Assembly: GCA_040954595.2 (NCBI GenBank)
Contig: CM082596.2
Span: 1,455,854-1,519,853 of the forward strand
DNA: 64,000 nt
Origin: Balanoglossus misakiensis
Taxonomy: Eukaryota > Animalia > Hemichordata
Reading direction: 5' to 3'
The translations under genes were made by a program, and so were the position numbers. Below, piece by piece: positions 37,571-51,538 of this stretch; position 1 is the stretch's first letter; the number at the start of each line of letters is the position of its first letter. The notes below the pieces were generated by a model that did not search any database, was not told where the DNA came from, and worked only from the letters and a program-made list of their open reading frames with translations.

Positions 37571-38984
37571 AGCAAGTCTAGGTTAAACACATAAAATGCA
37601 CAATACTACCAAAAAACCCTAACCACGCCCCTGTATACTGTTGTGATAATAAAACAATACATACATAATGATCAATTAGTTACAATGTATATAGACACAA
37701 AAGTGTATATTTTTGGACCACTAGAGAAAAGATTATTTTTTTGCTAAATGTTACAACTTTTAAGGCAGAAAAGCCTCAAATGACAGGGATCATAGAAAAT
37801 CAGTAGAAAAAATATTTATTCTTTTTTTTCATATTTCTTTATCTAGTTTCATCAAGCACAGTGTAATCTAGGGTGCTAGTATTGTTGTCAAGGTAACGGT
37901 AAAGAAAAGCACTGAATCTGGTACAGCTAACTTGGTAACAATTGCAATGCGTTATTTCAGAGATTATATTGTTACTCAAGCAGCTCAGATAAAATATGCA
38001 TACAAAGGTGATTTTTTTTGTTAATTATTATAATTTGCCATAATATACAAGGGATTGGAACATGTTACCTAGGCAACAACACCACAGCATCATGGGAAAC
38101 TCTGGTTGCTTCAGACTGTACACACAAGGGAAGGTTGCCTTAATGGCAAATAATGCTGTACCATGCTCATTTGGGGGGAAAAAATCTTGCAAATAGTCAA
38201 ATGTGTCACTTCACAATGTGGTTCCTCTGGTGGTCGATACAATCAATTAGTGACCTCTGGTCAAGACTGACCACTGTGACCGGTCACTCAGGGTCTGGAT
38301 GTATGAAATGACATTTAACTAGGACACTACACAGCTATAACATATTACGAATATCTCTTGATTACTAGTTTTAGAATCACTTTCTCTCAGGTCAATAATA
38401 AACATTGACTTGTGTCATCATCACTGGGCAAACTATTATTTGTATTGCCCCTTCAGGTCATGCAAGAAATGTTATTGACCATCCCTGAAGTGGGCAATCC
38501 GTGAAAGCCTTTGGACGGTGCAGTCAAAGAAATTATAATTATTCCTCATCTAAAACCTTCAAAATTTAGTCAAACACGATACAAACAAGGTATTGTAAGA
38601 GATTTGATAACATCTACACATTTACTAACTTAGCTTGTACTAGAGAACATTCAACCTTTGAACTTTCACCTTTCACCTATATCCATCATCAGTTTTCCAA
38701 TCACCTATGTCCAGCCTTTCACCATTTGCACAGATGACAACAAACCATATTGTAACCTTTGAACTATTCAACTTTGCCCCTCGACTGCCCCTGCAGTCTC
38801 CAACCTCACTTGTAAATGATGAACTTCTAAGAAAGTTCTCAAATAACAAATTGCTTATGATTTCTCCCATGTAAAAATTTGCAGAAAAAAAATGATTGCA
38901 TGGCTTATATCAAATTCCTACATGCGAATTTCCCCCTCCTTCTCAATCATCCCCTTGTGTGTACAATACAGGTTTCCCAATTAG

Positions 38985-41900
38985 CTATGAATTGATGGAG
39001 TTCATGTGTGTGTGGTTTGCTAGTAGTGGCTGCGGTCCGTTCATGTTCTGGTTTTGAAGTACTGTATAGATGTCGTCTACTTTGGATAAATTTTCTAAAA
39101 ACGGTATGAGATCGAGCAGTTCAGTGTCAGACATGTCATCAAACCACGAAGCTACAGGCACCTGTTTTGGGAAAATATGAACACGGAATCAAGGATTGCA
39201 GCTTTTAGTGACACCCAAGCAGAACATGATTTTAAATTTTCTCTAGTTTGCATAAACTTAGCCAATATATGTAAAAAATGTCATGTCAAGAGTTTCAGTT
39301 ATGATTCTTGATATGTTACACTGTTTATTTTTGAATTTCAAGAAAATCCAATAAAAAGAGAACTGTATACTTACTGCGTTCTCAGGGTGGAAGATGTAGG
39401 ATGCTGGGGAGTTGTCGACGATGACTATCCTCTTCAGCTCTCTCCCTAACCGACTGAGGTCCTGGTGATCAAACCATAGAGATTATTCAATATTACACAG
39501 GAAAGGGAGTCATGTTCCCTCAAGTGATTAAAAAATATTCAACATTGACCAATAGGAGAAGGCAGTGAATGAGACTCCCTAGGTATCTTATTAAAGGGAG
39601 GCAGTAGCCAGCTGGTGCCCTGGTACAAGACCAAAACACATGCTGAGGTGGGTGAGACAGAATTGTAAGTAACAACAAATATTTTTTTAGTTTTTGTGAT
39701 ATATCCTGCAATCAGTATTTGTAAATGATAGCCAAGGAAACAACAATTAATAATGAATCCCCTTGGTTTTCGTTCAGTGATGGGAATACTTAATGACATG
39801 ACATACCTTGACGTAGTTTCCTCTGTGAAACACACAGGAATCCCTGAAGAGTCGGGCCCTGAAGACACCCCACTTGTCAAGCAGGTCTGCTACGGGGTCT
39901 GCATACTGCAAGCCAATCAGGTAGTATTTATATGTAATAATGTAATACAGAATTCACACACTCCAAATCATTCAAAAATTCTGGCACTTCTTGTGACCTT
40001 TTCTGGTAATTTTTCAATGTTTTTAGGGTCAGAAATTACATTTTGACCGAAAACTTTGACTTACCTTTGAAAGACTGGCTGTAAATAACACACACTCGAA
40101 CAGTTCACCCATTTTCTGTAAAAACTCATCCACATATGGCCTCTTCAAAACGTACACCTGTGGGAACACAGAGAACAGGGAAGTCAACATAATGTAGAGA
40201 GAAATCACTTAGATTTTACAGGTAATGCCAAATCTGTCTTCTAGAAAAGGCTTGGTTGTCTACTTGGAATCTAGTGTAAAGGGCGCCGCCTAGTGGCAAA
40301 TACCTACCTGATGAATCGTTCCATCAATTTCTACAGGAACTACAAAATCTGCATTACTAACAGGCTGAAATAAAAAAACAGGAGAAAGTAGAAGTTAGTC
40401 AAATCCTTAATGTTACCAAGCAACGATCACTACCTGTGTAGCAATACTATTGAAATGTGCTGTTGATCTTTTTCCCATGATGCATTGTGTTCACATCAAT
40501 GCTACTTCTGGACATTGTGTTGTAGCTGGATTTCTAGATGAGATTTTGCCAAAATGAAACGATCAGTGATACCTAGAAACTCACTGTAGTGTATTCCTGA
40601 ATTTCACTTACCTTAAAAGAGCTATGTACAAGGGTTTCATCCAAGTCTATCACTATACAGAGTTTATGCGTATCTGTATTTTTCCTCTCTGGAAGCAAGT
40701 ACTTATTCTGTGACTGAAGGAAGATAAAAAATATCCAACATGAGATTCTTATCTTTGTGATATTATAAAAACTTGAACATTTCTCAAAACGTATTGTCAT
40801 AGTCGGTTTCATATCATCAACAAAACTGATTAGAGCCCAAAGTCTTCCATATGTTTTTTATATACAGCATGTGGACAGAAATCTCCATTCTATACCGAGA
40901 CCTACTTTACACTGTACTACGCTGGTCAGAGTGCATACCATGCATATACCACAGAGATATTAAATTACATGGTAAATGGATTACAGTCTTTAAACATAAA
41001 CACTCTGAATGTACCACAAGTCAGGCAGGGTTACATATTCAAACCACAAACTACAGTTTAATGAACTGAACTGACACCATTCTACTTTTTCATTTTGAGT
41101 AAATCTCTCAGAATTTTCATCTCACTAGGCTTGGGAAGACCATCCTTGACTAAGATTCTCCAGGCACCAGCAACAAATACTCATTAAAATCAAAGCTTGC
41201 CATCTTCTTTTAAAACCAAAGTACATTAGGTAGAATGTCAAAGTTCAACTGTACTGACCTTCGGTGCTCCATTTTCTTCTGTAGGAATAGCATTGACAGT
41301 TTGATTTCCATTGGCACCAAAACAGCAAAAGAAAGAGCTGAGTAAACCACGATTCCTTGGCTTCTTACTGACTGTGTTTTGTTCTGAAAAAAGAAAAGAA
41401 ATAACTACTGGTCAGATTGATTTATTACTGTAGAACACGCACATATAATATCCTGAATTGAAAACACTCTCCTGACAACATGATTGGTAACACGCCTTTC
41501 AAAGAAATGCTTGTAGCAATTCATTTCACCAGATCGATGAACTCCTTTACAGTTTGTTTTTTACCAGTGCAAATTCCGTGAATTCAGGAAGCATTTCTAA
41601 CCAATCACATAACACAAGACTGTTGACAGTGGTATGCTGTATGATTTATATACTGTGATGACATAACTGGTCTTGGTATACCCTATATTATGCTTGACAT
41701 AAATCAGTTTACAACTTCGTCAACATATATTGATTGACACAGGCTCTTACCCAAATCCATCACATTAAAACTGACATTCTCTATGGTCAACAATTCGACA
41801 TTCGTTCAACTTGAAATGCCAGGTGATGACATACTGAATTTGCATAAAGACGTCACCAACCACGTAATGCCGTTTGTACAGTGATCTATCACCATGGAAA

Positions 41901-44900
41901 AAGATGAAGCAATGACGAGACTCTCTTGATAGATTCAAATGAGTAATAATGAGGTTTTAAACTGAGTTGTAATGAGGTTTTCTGTCTGGGACCTTGAAGA
42001 CTGCCCAGTAGCAGATGTAATATGTCTTCCATGTATCTAATCTCTGATATGACTATTTTATGACTGACAACTTGGATTAGCATTTTGCAGCATCATTAGT
42101 CTCCAATGGAGTCAGACACGACTTGTAATGATCCGTGATTAATGCATCTGCTTCAGGGACACAAAACTGATAAAAATGTAACTCACGATTCCGTTCTTGT
42201 GACGTACTAGTCTTTTTCCCCCCTCACAAATCTGCATTTTCCATTGTAGTTTTTACATACATGCCAGCCTTGTACGATACACCATATCTTTTTAGTTTGT
42301 GTTCTTACTGACCAATTAATGGCAAAGGAAAGTTTTTTTCTGTTCAAACCGCTTCAAGTCAGATCTACTTCATTACACATTCACTGAGCAATTTTCTGGT
42401 GTTAGGGAGACTTCTTTTAGTGTCAGCGGCGCCATATTTGGTTTCGAGGTTTCGTCTGAGAAGGTGAATTTTCTAATTTAGACTGAGAAAGCACATTTAG
42501 TTTTTGCCCTCCAGCTGATTGGACTTGCTTGTTTAAAAATCTCTGCCGAGTCGACATATTTCAGTTTACACACATGTTACAACAGACAAAAAGGACAGAA
42601 ATAGCATAATTATTTTCAACAGATGAACATTAAAAGCACCATCTGCTGATCCTAAGATTATCAGTTACACAGCTCGATTTAGGAGACCTATCACGTCTAT
42701 CAAAGACAGCAAAGGTCACATGAAAATTAGGACGAACTTTGTAGGTCAAAGTCAAGGATCAATTACAAGTTCTTCAACCTTTCTACCAGGTTGAGAGGAG
42801 CAGAAAGGGGATGGTGAATGCATGCCTGTATTAATTGGTGTTACTGAGAAATTATTACCAGAAGATATTAGAATGGCTTTTTAATAGCAGCTGGATTATG
42901 GCCATAAAATTCACATGCAATATAAAAAATGTTTTTATTATATATACTCAAGACTTTTCTCAGAATTCTAAGATGCCTTTTCCGAGAAAAGTCTTTCTCT
43001 TTCATGGATAACTAAATCAAACAGTGAATTTTACTTTTTGCCAATGAATTATTTCTGTAGAACTACCACATTTTACCTCCTAGTTCACCATGAGGACAAA
43101 CAGCAGGCAGACCACAATCTATTTATAAATGGAAGCAAGCAAACACACTGCAAACAATGAGACTCCACATGGATCAAATTAAATCAATATAATTTGGCTG
43201 ACCCTGCATGACCTCCAAGACTTGACATCTGGTCTACCCAAACAAGTGTAACACTACACCCCTGACACAAACCACTATATTTCCCCAGTCAGTTCTGTTT
43301 TGATCACCTTCACTGTTCTGGTCACGTATACTGAAGTGTCTGTGTGTCTCTTTTGTAGTGTCTGTGTGTCTGTTCTAGTCTGAGTGCCTTGGTGTTGATC
43401 AGAAATGCATGCTTCTTCTCTTCATTCTGACTCAATAGGAGAGCTGGTTTACCTTTTGTCACTGTATCTATACTTCAAGAGTGTCTGGTACACATTTTCT
43501 TATCTTTAGTGGTTCGAAAGAGCAAATATATGTACATGTACATGTGTAGGCGTACATGTTTTTGTCTAAGGCTTTTACCACGCCCCCTTCATATATGGTT
43601 CCTGCCTCACCTACAGTATGATGGTGAAAAGGTTACATTTCAGGTTTCTTCTTTGCTTGTGTGTGTGTACATCTGCATGGTTGCTATTGCCAGCTTGATA
43701 GTCTGAACATTAAGGCATATTTATTAATATGTAGAAAGGAATGCACACAGTGCAAATTATGCCCAGTTTGAGTTGAACTGTTTTGCCCTCATTGAGACTG
43801 GGGCACACACTTTATGGCGGAAAATGTTGGCACGAGTTCAAAACAGTGGCACAGAGACGTTGACATAAAAACATGATTGGCAGAACAGCACTGCTTAACG
43901 TCGAAAACAACAACAGAACCTGGGGGAACTGCATTGGACTGTGTTGTGTTGTCACACAGACTGTCAAGCTATCTCTCATAGCTGCTTTTCTGGAACTCGT
44001 CTTTAGTTTTGTTGCTGATATGAGCAATACATTATTCTTATCCAAACACCTAAAATGTCCAACCCACCCAGAGCACTTTGAAAATTAATCCTCTTTAGAC
44101 CTTGACAATTAAACCTACCCAACCGTACAAATACTGTTCCCATGGTGATATCATCCACACAATCATCTAAGTCTTTCATTATTCTGTCGGGAATTGGATT
44201 AAAAAAAGGAAAACCTGCACAATTTGAATATCAGACAAATTAATCAGAAATTACAAATGTATAACGTACAATAGGCTGATTTCCCAGAAAAACTGTCATT
44301 TGAGCTTTGAGGGGAGGAAAGCTTGTTACAGGCAAGATGTCTGCAGATTGCATGTCTCTTCAGTCCATTGTACATTTAATTCAGTAAGGCAAACACTGTC
44401 TGTATTACTGTTACATGGTTTGCTTTTTAACAGAGAGTAGTTTGTTCCATGCATGACATCACGATACATCCCCAGCAGTGAAAGCCTTTAGAGCAATTCA
44501 AATTAAGTGTGAATAACCTGAAAAGACTAGCTGTGTTTTCGACAATCATGACGCCGTTTTAGGCCGACAGCATGTGATCAGGGTGGAAAATTAGAATCCA
44601 GGGCAGATGTGATGATGTGTAGACTATGCAGCCCTGACACAACACTGTAACCATGGCTACAGAGCCACAGGATGAAGAGCAGTGATTGGCAGATGGTTTG
44701 CCAGGGTAGCATCAAATAAGATGAAACTCAGCCAATAAACACAGAATTAGGGTCAATATTTCTTCTCACAAGCTGTTCTTTATCTTTCTTGTTTGTAGAG
44801 TTACAGAAATGCAATGCAATTTGACTATGTACAGAAAGTGTATTTCTTTCCGTAATGAAGAGATTTTGAATCCAGGCTGTGCTTCCCTGCAGATATTTAA

Positions 44901-47900
44901 CCATTAGATTCTCCCACTGTTAATTGGGCTGGACTAACTCTGTGCTTGATCCTCCTGGCTCTAGATAACTGCTTCTACATCTGTGTTCCATCAACATGGG
45001 GGATTTTGTTTTCTCTCCAAACTGCAGGGGTGTGACTGTCCTGCAGGGGTTGATATTGTCCATTCTGCTCACCAGCGACCTATCACAGACAACCACTCAG
45101 TCGTCCTTGACCATGAACTAAACTTCTTGTTTCTCAGAGGTCTTGAACTAGCCATGACACAACAGTCTGCTCTAGAACAAAACAAGTCTGCATACATACA
45201 TGTATGGCATTCCATAAAGATTTGTGATTCACATCAATCAGGATGGACAAGCACTTCCCTGGTTTTCTGACAGAATACATGTTTGTCAAATTCCGTAAAT
45301 CCATCCAAATCCCAACACAACACAATAGGGCATCACTCTGGAATGACATTTCTCATGGATAATCCCGGTAATGATAATAGCTCTGGGTAATACCTACATG
45401 TAAAGCCCAAACTACTGTCCCTAATGGACTCAGAAAATTGCCTCATCAAACACATACACACGGCATGTACATGTATCTCAAGAAATGTACAGAAAGCAAT
45501 TCCTTCATTCCCATTTGACTGTATTGCTTTGAAAAGCTGAGGCACTGTCTTGTTGGCCAGAGGCTGTAATCTACTAATACATCTAAAGATTTGCAGAACA
45601 AGCTGCATGGCATGATGGGAAAACAAAGCATTGTGGGTATATAATATATGAATTTTGATACAATCAATTAATCAGCATTTTATTCTCCAAACTTCCCGAA
45701 ACAGAATTTTTAATCAAATAGATTCATGGAAGCCATTTAATACCATTCCACGATATTGCTGCCATTGAAGTGATTCTCTGTTCAATCCTTTTGACATTTC
45801 AACCTGACATATCTGGAATTTCTAATAAATTCTAATTCATTGCATATCTCTCTCTCCATACTCATATTTGATTCAAGGATAATGATTTCTGACTTGGCCG
45901 ATCTCATGGGGTTTCAGGCCTGCCGTCAACGTCTATGTCTGAAATTTGGATTGACTCTTTAGGGTTAGGGATTTAGAGCCAATATGTCTTGTATTTTTCT
46001 CAAATAATCAAGTTGACTTGTTTTATGAATGTATACTGCAAGTCGCCTTTGGCCATACTTATACCACAATCAGTCTTTCTATAAATAGCTCAATTACGTA
46101 TGACATAGCAACTAGGTCTGTTTGCTTGTTCAGTGCATTAGTTACTCCACTTCAACTGTAGGTCAGTTATATGCAAACGAACCAAAATTAACTTTACATG
46201 CAAATTTAACGAAATTGATTTTCCCAAGCTGTGGTTAACCACAGGCAATTAATTAATTGCAACTACTTAAAAAAGGCGTTAGATGATTAATGAAACAGTG
46301 TCAACACAGACACATATTGCGGGATAGTCAATTTTATGAACGTGTTTAATTCATGATGGGGCAGACCTTATTCAATGAAGGAAATAAATAACATTGAACA
46401 TTCATATTCCATAATCATACTGTATATTTACTGTCACATATGCTTTCAATTCCCTTGATGCTTGATTAAAACCTGTGAGCAAATTCTGAAAACTTGTCCT
46501 GTTTAATAGAAAATTTGGTTTTATTTTAAGATGTCCCCAGTTAAGGAATACAGTGACCACTAATTTACATATGCCCACAACAGTCACATAAACAACCAAA
46601 AGACAATTAGACAGTTTGAATGAAAGACTGTGTCGTAATCTGTTTTGTTATAAAACTCCCCTGGATTGCGGTCATCACCTGCATTGTTGAAATCACAAGG
46701 CCATGTTTCAAATGCCTTCTTTGCAAATAACTGTCACAATCTCCATTGGCAGACAAATTACCTGCCACTTCCTGTGATGTAAATCACTGCAGATCATCAC
46801 AAAGCTGACTCCAGGTATATTACTCCCTTCTCTTTTCACTCTTTCTTCAAATTGAACCAGTTATGGCCAATACAATAGCAGGCCTCGTTTCTATTATACT
46901 CACAAAGAAGACATGAAACAACAGCAAGGCCAGCTACCAACTCATCTATCATGCAACAATGCAGACTTCAATTATAGGAATCTGTGCTCCTTTATGAAAC
47001 TCACAGAAGGGAAGAATTTTGCATGACAAGCGAGCACATTTGAATCACAGAGAAATCTTTCATGGGTTCAGTATGAATTGGATTTGAAAAGAGAATAAAG
47101 AAAAATTCCAAGACTTCTACTTGCAGGATATTTTCCGATGGGTGGCTATGAGTGACTGCTGGGAACTGGACAATAGGGAATTCTTCTTAAAATGAACGCA
47201 ATGTTTTATGATCCCTCCAAAGAATTCTGACCAATCTCACAGCCAGAGAATTATTAACATAATACACCACAGCAACTGAGAAATCTTGTCCCATATGGGA
47301 CTGACCATGCATGCTATGATCCATAATCATCCGTACTCTCTACCAGGAAAGCTGTTCCTGGGCAATCCAACAATGCCGGATAATCTCTCCGTCTCCAGCA
47401 ACAATTGTGACATGTTGGCACGGCGATCCATCACATAGTCAGAGGTTTCATATCAGTTCACAGCAAGTGAAGTCAGACTGTGGAGAGACCGCTCTTGTAA
47501 TAAATAATTGTTGTCGGATTCAGATGTACAAACCCATGCTGAGAAATGATGACAACTGAATGTACAGTACCTGTGTTATTGATCACCCAAGCAACTGTTA
47601 GTGCAATGCACCTAATTCCCATCTGAATCCAAATTCTCATCATTTCACAAGATTTTTTATGGGCTAAAAGCTTCAAAAACCTGTGTTATAGACATGTTTT
47701 TCTTTAATGGATTCCTGCAGAACATTATATGTCATGTTTTGTGCTTTGAACAGACCATTAATCATAAACACATAATAAAAAAAAACATGAAAGGAAAATT
47801 TTATTGGGTGAGAAAATTTACAATCCTTTTCTTTACTTTGAATGACTGTCATGATCATCTCATGGGAGTACATAATGGGCGTATTTTTAAATCATGGGGA

Positions 47901-50900
47901 AAATCGCAGAGCTTGGTGCTTTGGTCATGTGATATGATGGAGACCATTTTCCAAGGAACATTGCGTTGGTTGTTTATTTCACCAAGACTTTACACAGAGA
48001 CCAGAGACCGTGTTGAGAGTTCAAGGTTTAAATGACCATTAAAGGTTCAAGGATTTGTATGACCCTTTAAACTTCTTTTAAAAGTATTTCCTGATTTCCT
48101 GGAGTGATGTCTTGTTTGTGACTTATTGTTTTAAACCAAGAACCTTCCAAGGTCAAAAGAGGAATATATGAAGATGTCATCACTTGGCAAAAACACACAT
48201 GTTTGTCTTCTCTCAGAGACCTGGGATCTGTGCATGTCAGACTGATTTATATCATCTAATTGGATGTCTCCCCTAGGAAACACACACAAGCATCTAACAG
48301 ATATTCCATGGATGATTCAGACCAAAAAACAGTCAGGTGAATAAACTGAAAGCAAACACATCAACTGCTTGTCATGCTTTGCATATCTCAAATCCTCCAT
48401 ATGACTGGATGCTTTGACTCCAGGGATGTGGCTGCTTAAGATATCTGACAGGTTTCAACTGCATCTGGTGAAAATCAGCAGCCCTATTTCTGATGTACAG
48501 CCCACTCTCAAAGGCTGCTGTTTTTTATTGCCCCTTTTCACTTGCAGCTTAGCGCAGGGGTTCTTCTGTAGTGCAGACCCTGGATCTCATGTGCAAACAT
48601 CGTTGTTTATTGTGCCCTATTCATTTTTGGCTTTCTCATCACCATTTGATGAAATCTCTCGCGATTTTGTTGCAGTAATGTTGCTAAAAGTAAAACCTAA
48701 TTAATGCTTAGAATGTAATGCGACATAACATGAAACATACCATAAAGGAAACTTGGTTGGGTGAGACATAATGTATGAGCATGGGTTAATCCCACAGACA
48801 TGCGAGTTCACATTGGGAGTATGGACCCACTTCAACAACAGTAGGTCAAGGTTAACATGTCATTGTCCCCTAAAAGCTGACAGGTAATACCATGGGCGAA
48901 ATCCACCCCTTCAAACATTAAAATCGTTAAATAGGATAGCTAGATTCTGATGAGATATGGTAGTTTATGAGCGCTTCTCCTATACAAGGCAGGCTGGTAC
49001 ACTCCCACGCCATCTCCTAAATTGTAATACCAAGAATAAATGTCACAAGTATTATACCAGATTAACATTGCTATCGCTTAGAAATTACCATGGCAACAAA
49101 CAATTTACAAAAAGGATGTACGTTTTCAATCTGAACATAATAGGATCTGATTTATAATATATTTAGAAACATCAATGAGCAATATCAATTTTTAAACTAG
49201 AAATATCAATTTTTAAACCAGCTGAAAATATCTGGGTCACTTCACATGTAGCTTCACCTATAACATTAAAGATTCTACAAGTTCATCGTCCTAGGTGCCG
49301 GTATGTTGTTTTCCATACAAATCAATATCGTTCATTACTTTTACTGCTCCCATGGCAATAATGGAAAGCATCATAAACCAGTAAATCACAAAAAGCAATT
49401 ATTTCAGATCATCAGCAATCCCATGTTTGCAATGTACAAGAAGAGCATTAAAAGTACATGGTACAATTGTCACACCAAAAAAGATTAACCTCAGCCAGGG
49501 GGTTCAACGAATTCCTGTTGCTCATAAAATGTGTTGTTTACTATTATTTTTTTTATAATACTATTGATCACTACTGGTCTGTTGTATTCATCTGACCTCA
49601 CCAAACTAATATGAGAGTTCCCTGCAGTGAGGTGGTCACATTCTCAAAATGCGTGTGACAACCTCCCAACCTACACACTTGGAGATTTTTTTAATATGAC
49701 ATTTACCTCCCCGCCCACACAGTGGTTAGATGCAGGTACATGTACAGTAGGTATGTGGTCAGCTATGAGGAAGTCAACAACAGTGTCCAGTCTAAATACA
49801 ATAGCAAAGAGGTTGACAACAAAGCTGTAGTCAGGTGACCACAGTGTTTCATATGAAACCACAATGAAGAAAACTCACTCAGTGTGAATTTCTGACTTCT
49901 TCTCTGATGAATTGAGGGAAATGGACCAAAACAGACCTTTTGTTTGTCTGTGTGTAACGATATGCAACAGTGATTGTGTGATGACATATTTGTATTTCAT
50001 CGTTGGGTAACCTTAGTTCCAGCAAGGCCATACGTGTCCAGTGTGCTGTAACTTGTGTATTTTTAGATCTCAGCTGCTGCATCTGCCTGTAAAAGTTCAA
50101 GAACTCTTCTTGCCACAGATGAAATGTACATGTGTAAATTGTTACTGTTGTGTCTTTGTATGTCTGCTCATTAATTTCTGAGAATCCTTCAAGTAAGTGA
50201 TGGTCAACAATTTATTTCCCATGTGACCAGTTTGGGAGACTGACTGCCACAATACAAGTCGACGTCGTGCTAGCCACCAGTGGTTGCTGGACCAGAATTC
50301 AGCAACTTCAGCGATAAATGTGAATTCTTGTCCAGAAACCTGACTATGTACTTGCACTTGTAAGGTTTCGATTTCCCACAGAAGAATTTCAAAACATTTT
50401 AAATCACTTTCATTATTGTTGAAGTGATAATATGGTACCCAGCTACGCAGGAAACCAGAGAGAAACCGACATGAACATTTGCTATGCCACAATATAACAG
50501 TGACCTTGTCATTATGACGTACATCAACCACAGGCAGTACCAGATATACAGCCTACTCTCCCTTTCTCAGCAACCAACGTCAAATTTTACTCTTCGAGTG
50601 CGTTAATCATTCATATTTATAGACTTGGAGCCAAGCTCACTTCCATTGAAATAAGTATTCAGTCACAGATCCTGTGGAAGAAATGGATCTCTCCATCTCT
50701 GCACGTTCTCTGCGACTAGTTCAAAGAGCCCCCTATTGTTTACATATCAAGTGTCATGTGATATCGAGTGCAGTGGTACATTTCGTGTCCTCATTAGCAA
50801 ACACGTCGCGACGCCAAATTGACACAATTTACACGATTATTTTATAATTTGAATAGAAAAGGCTTAATTAGAGCGCTATATTTCGAAGGTAAACGCGTCG

Positions 50901-51538
50901 ATCGGTAAACAAACACCATCATCAAAGCGGCACTGAAGTAAAAACTGATCGTCGAACGTCATCCGCCATAACATAACTGTGCATACGAAAAACAACTGAC
51001 AAAATGTAAAACGCCCAACGGATAACCAAAATGCCTCAATTGCTGTGCAATTTCTACTCGTGTGGGCATCATTAGTTTTCTGCGATCGCCTTTTAAGATG
51101 TCATTATTATCATCTACCCCATCAAAGCCACGAAATAGTTGAAACCATTGGACACATGCGATGTCAACATTGAGAGGTGTGCGTCTTTTCGACATGTGCC
51201 CCAACAGTCAACACCACTGCAGGGGAGGAATTTCACTCCAATTTTTCTGTCATTCTAGGGCACTTAAAAAGCATCTTACTTCAAGAGCAACAACAATATT
51301 ACGTTAAAATCGACTGGTTCGATGACAAACATGAATATGCGGCGACGACAAGGGGCCGTGTTAGGATATTTCCTGCTACGTTTTCGCAAGGTTGTTGCTG
51401 TGGTCGTTACTTACGACCCTAAAACTCGTGCGTGGAATCTGGAGATAGTGTTCATTTCTTACCTTTCTCTGTGGCTGGGAATGTGCTCAGGGGTTCTTCA
51501 TCCCGGCTGACTTGCGTTATAATGGACGTACTGTCCAT
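38985..51538 (-). CDS. CTDSPL: Small CTD phosphatase (SCP/CTDSP1/2/L orthologue), 8 exons, about 271 aa
   Basis: Exons 51538-51463 ([15 protein letters not shown]), 41383-41259 ([14 protein letters not shown]), 40713-40612 ([16 protein letters not shown] DxDxT), 40364-40308, 40157-40065 ([13 protein letters not shown]), 39905-39807, 39461-39375 ([13 protein letters not shown]), 39161-38985 ([14 protein letters not shown]). Likely co-orthologue of vertebrate CTDSP1/2/L. Confidence 0.95.

Noticed and set aside
37615-37624. aaccctaacc as a possible telomerase RNA template near the orphan promoter
   Set aside because: Downstream sequence is AT-rich with no visible pseudoknot, CR4/5 or H/ACA features.
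39162-41258. Intronic miR-26, as in vertebrate CTDSP genes
   Set aside because: No TTCAAGTAATCCAGGATAGG-like sequence or hairpin seen; miR-26 is vertebrate-specific.
44330-44352. aggcaagatgt, matching the 5' end of miR-31/72
   Set aside because: Only 11 nt match, the 3' half diverges and there is no convincing precursor hairpin.
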